From Alphaproteobacteria bacterium (GTDB lineage: Bacteria; Pseudomonadota; Alphaproteobacteria; Bin95), in NCBI GenBank assembly GCA_030833925.1, contig JAURGE010000002.1:65214-129213 (forward strand): a stretch of DNA of 64,000 nucleotides, written 5' to 3'. Under the pieces are notes generated by a model. The model was not told the origin of the DNA. It saw only the letters and a program-made list of their open reading frames with translations, and made no database searches. Shown in pieces: positions 62,069 to 64,000 of this stretch (positions are counted from its first letter, which is position 1; the number at the start of each line of letters is the position of its first letter). The translations under genes and the position numbers were made by a program.

Positions 62069-62527
62069 CTAGTCAGTCCGACGATAAAAACTTTCCCGAC
62101 GACGCACGGGTTCTAATAAAGACCAATCCCCATCAGGAACCTCATATCCCTTTGGATGTGGGGCTCGTAACTCCATTCCTAATGATCTCATGACACGATC
62201 GTCACGGTAGTAGCACTGCACAACTAGGTTTCCAATTTTTGCAGCTGCGGCGGGGTGGGCAGAGCGAAATTCCTCTACAACGATACAACGTTTAGTAGAA
62301 TCTAGGTTCGAAAAGACATCTCCACCAAACTGCTCTGCCAGTATTTCAAGTTCATTCAGCGATTTTGAAATGTCAGGCATCTGCTTGGCGGCATCACTTT
62401 CTATCTCTTCGACGATCAGAGGGTCACCAGCTCCAGGAACGCCAAATTTAACGCTTTCGGGAATAACAGCGTCAGCAAGTATAGTTAGCGTTTCGCGCTC
62501 GCTAGAAGTCAGAAATGAATCAGGCAT
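62069..62527 (-). CDS. Small subunit partner of a GMC oxidoreductase (gluconate 2-dehydrogenase subunit 3-like), lacking a Tat signal.
   Basis: 152 aa, lying 9 nt downstream of the GMC oxidoreductase gene. It has no twin-arginine leader. The family assignment is by context and weak pattern similarity. Confidence 0.45.
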   Translation of the reverse strand: MPDSFLTSSERETLTILADAVIPESVKFGVPGAGDPLIVEEIESDAAKQMPDISKSLNELEILAEQFGGDVFSNLDSTKRCIVVEEFRSAHPAAAAKIGNLVVQCYYRDDRVMRSLGMELRAPHPKGYEVPDGDWSLLEPVRRRESFYRRTD

Positions 62528-62536
62528 CTTTCACTC

Positions 62537-64000
62537 TCAATCGAAAAGGTTAGCAAGACGGCTCTTCATTTGATCCGCCACGTAGAGTGCCAGTGCCTGA
62601 ATGGTATTAGTTGGATTCACGCCGGCACTCGTTACGAAAATACTGCCATCCACAATGAACAAATTCTTCACATCGTGGGACCGTCCCCACTCGTTGACGA
62701 CTGATGTTTTAGGATCCTTTCCCATCCGAGCTGTTCCCATCAAATGCCAACCGCCATATGGAATTGGTGCCTCAGAATAAACCTCATAGGCCCCAGCGGC
62801 CTTCAGAATATCCGTTGAACGAGCAACACCATGATCCAGCATCTTCCGGCTATTCTCACTCAACGTGTAGTCAATCTTAGGCGCTGGGATACCATTGCTA
62901 TCCGTCATATTGGGATCAAGGGTGACACGATTGTGGGCTTCTGGAAGATCTTCGCAAACAGCAACCATCCCAGTCGTCCGTTTGAAGAGTTTACGATAAG
63001 CGTCGTGATGTCCTTCACCCCACGGCACCATACCCAAACGCAGTGCCGTCTGTGCTGTTCTCACCGGTGGCATTCCACGCTGGATCTCAAGAGTATAACC
63101 ACGAACGTAACCTCTGTTTTCATCAGTTTCGTAAAATTCTTGACTACGAATTAGCTTATGAGGGCCTGCAAACCCATCCTGTTCCTCTTCAAATACTCCA
63201 CAGGCCCAGGAATAGGGATGGAACATAAGATTGCGCCCCACCTGATCACTAGTATTTGCAAGACCGTTTGGAAAAAGCTGAGAGGTCGAATTCAGAAGAA
63301 GGCGAGGAGTACCTATCCCATTACAGGCCATCACAACTACGTGGGCTTTAATTTCCTGCTCGTTACCATCGCCATCATAATAGATTGCGCCTGTTGCCAT
63401 TCCATCATTACCAACAGTGATCTCACGGACCCTGCAGCGGGTCCTTAGTTCAACTCCAGCACGAAGCGCGTGTGGCCAATAGGTAACATCCGAACTTCCT
63501 TTTGCCCCTTGAGCACAACCAGCCCCGCAAGCGCCTAAATTTATGCATGGAGCACGACCGTCACGCTCTTCTGTTATGATTGCGGTATCCGAAGGCCACC
63601 AATGCCATCCAAGGGAGTTAAAGCCCTTAGCCAGAGTATCGCCAGCAAGGCCTAAGGGTAATGCCGGTGTGCGCTCCGCATTGTCACTTGGGTAAGCAGG
63701 GTCACCATTCATACCTGCTACCCCGGTCATCCGTTCGTTTTCTGCGTAGTATGGGGCTATTGTTGCGTAGTCGATTGGCCAATCGTCAGCTACACCATCC
63801 AAAGATTTCACGCGGAAATCCGACGGGTGAAAGCGCGGAAAATGACCCGCGTAAAGGATAGTGCCTCCTCCTACACCATTAAAATTAGCCACTTTTATGG
63901 GCGTATTTTCCTCATTTACGGGATAATCTTGGGGCAACCGTCGAATATTTGGGTTTGTTGCGAAATCGCCCTGGGTTCTAGCTTCCCAATCCCTTGCGGT
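62537..64000 (-). CDS. GMC-family FAD oxidoreductase, C-terminal roughly 85%. The N-terminus is beyond the window end.
   Basis: GMC C-terminal domain with the active-site region HLMGTARMG...VDGSIFVTSAGVNPTNTIQALA. The reading frame is open to the window edge, and the GxGxxG FAD N-terminus is absent from the window. Confidence 0.8.
   Translation of the reverse strand, partial: TARDWEARTQGDFATNPNIRRLPQDYPVNEENTPIKVANFNGVGGGTILYAGHFPRFHPSDFRVKSLDGVADDWPIDYATIAPYYAENERMTGVAGMNGDPAYPSDNAERTPALPLGLAGDTLAKGFNSLGWHWWPSDTAIITEERDGRAPCINLGACGAGCAQGAKGSSDVTYWPHALRAGVELRTRCRVREITVGNDGMATGAIYYDGDGNEQEIKAHVVVMACNGIGTPRLLLNSTSQLFPNGLANTSDQVGRNLMFHPYSWACGVFEEEQDGFAGPHKLIRSQEFYETDENRGYVRGYTLEIQRGMPPVRTAQTALRLGMVPWGEGHHDAYRKLFKRTTGMVAVCEDLPEAHNRVTLDPNMTDSNGIPAPKIDYTLSENSRKMLDHGVARSTDILKAAGAYEVYSEAPIPYGGWHLMGTARMGKDPKTSVVNEWGRSHDVKNLFIVDGSIFVTSAGVNPTNTIQALALYVADQMKSRLANLFD

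Noticed and set aside
1-64000. Search for tRNA, rRNA, SRP RNA, CRISPR repeats, transposases, integrases, toxin-antitoxin pairs and defence-island genes.
   Set aside because: I saw none of the following: T-loop GGTTCGAATCC-type motifs in spacers; regularly spaced repeats; transposase or integrase-like ORFs; small adjacent toxin-antitoxin pairs; or nuclease/helicase/ATPase genes in odd contexts. Nothing of these classes is reported.

Overview
The window is a gene-dense, mostly core-metabolic stretch of an alphaproteobacterium-like chromosome, roughly 50% GC with about 60 tightly packed CDS and many 1-4 nt start/stop overlaps. The alphaproteobacterial attribution is an inference from gene content and synteny.

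Recognisable housekeeping genes, in window order:
- argH (partial), a tlpA-like thioredoxin, purH, rpe, panE and zapA.
- A tkt-gap-[133 aa ORF]-fbaB-thiE cluster that lacks pgk.
- scoAB, secA, a parvulin PPIase, argJ and mutT.
- ampG, an adenosine kinase-like PfkB kinase, infC, thrS, tyrS and anmK.
- Two tandem NifS/IscS cysteine desulfurases followed by a 2Fe-2S ferredoxin, then an acyl-CoA synthetase.
- clpS-clpA, fhs and pyrF.

Interspersed are accessory-looking metabolic modules:
- Two paralogous hydantoinase/oxoprolinase-family pairs (HyuA/HyuB) in opposite internal order. One pair is coupled to a DMT exporter. The other sits in a putative five-gene operon with a GMC oxidoreductase, a small subunit without a Tat signal, and an esterase.
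- A divergent module of a DSD1-like PLP enzyme plus a family III CoA-transferase facing an enoyl-CoA hydratase plus an NMT1/THI5-like protein.
- A tiny double-CDGSH iron-sulfur protein coupled to an SDR.
- A cytoplasmic heparinase II/III-like protein embedded in the rpe-purH operon.
- Five alpha/beta-hydrolases.

I found no rRNA, tRNA, CRISPR, transposase, integrase or obvious defence genes. Nothing here is a clear-cut novel system. The most promising candidates for undescribed biology are the GMC-oxidoreductase/HyuAB/esterase operon, the DSD1/CoA-transferase/hydratase module, and the small conserved hypothetical ORFs sitting in conserved operons (the 133 aa ORF in the pgk slot and the 240 aa ORF after mutT).

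Coordinates of refined start codons carry about +/-1 to 3 nt uncertainty. At the secA 5' end my hand reading of the sequence disagreed by one base with the ORF track, so the track's frame arithmetic was used there.
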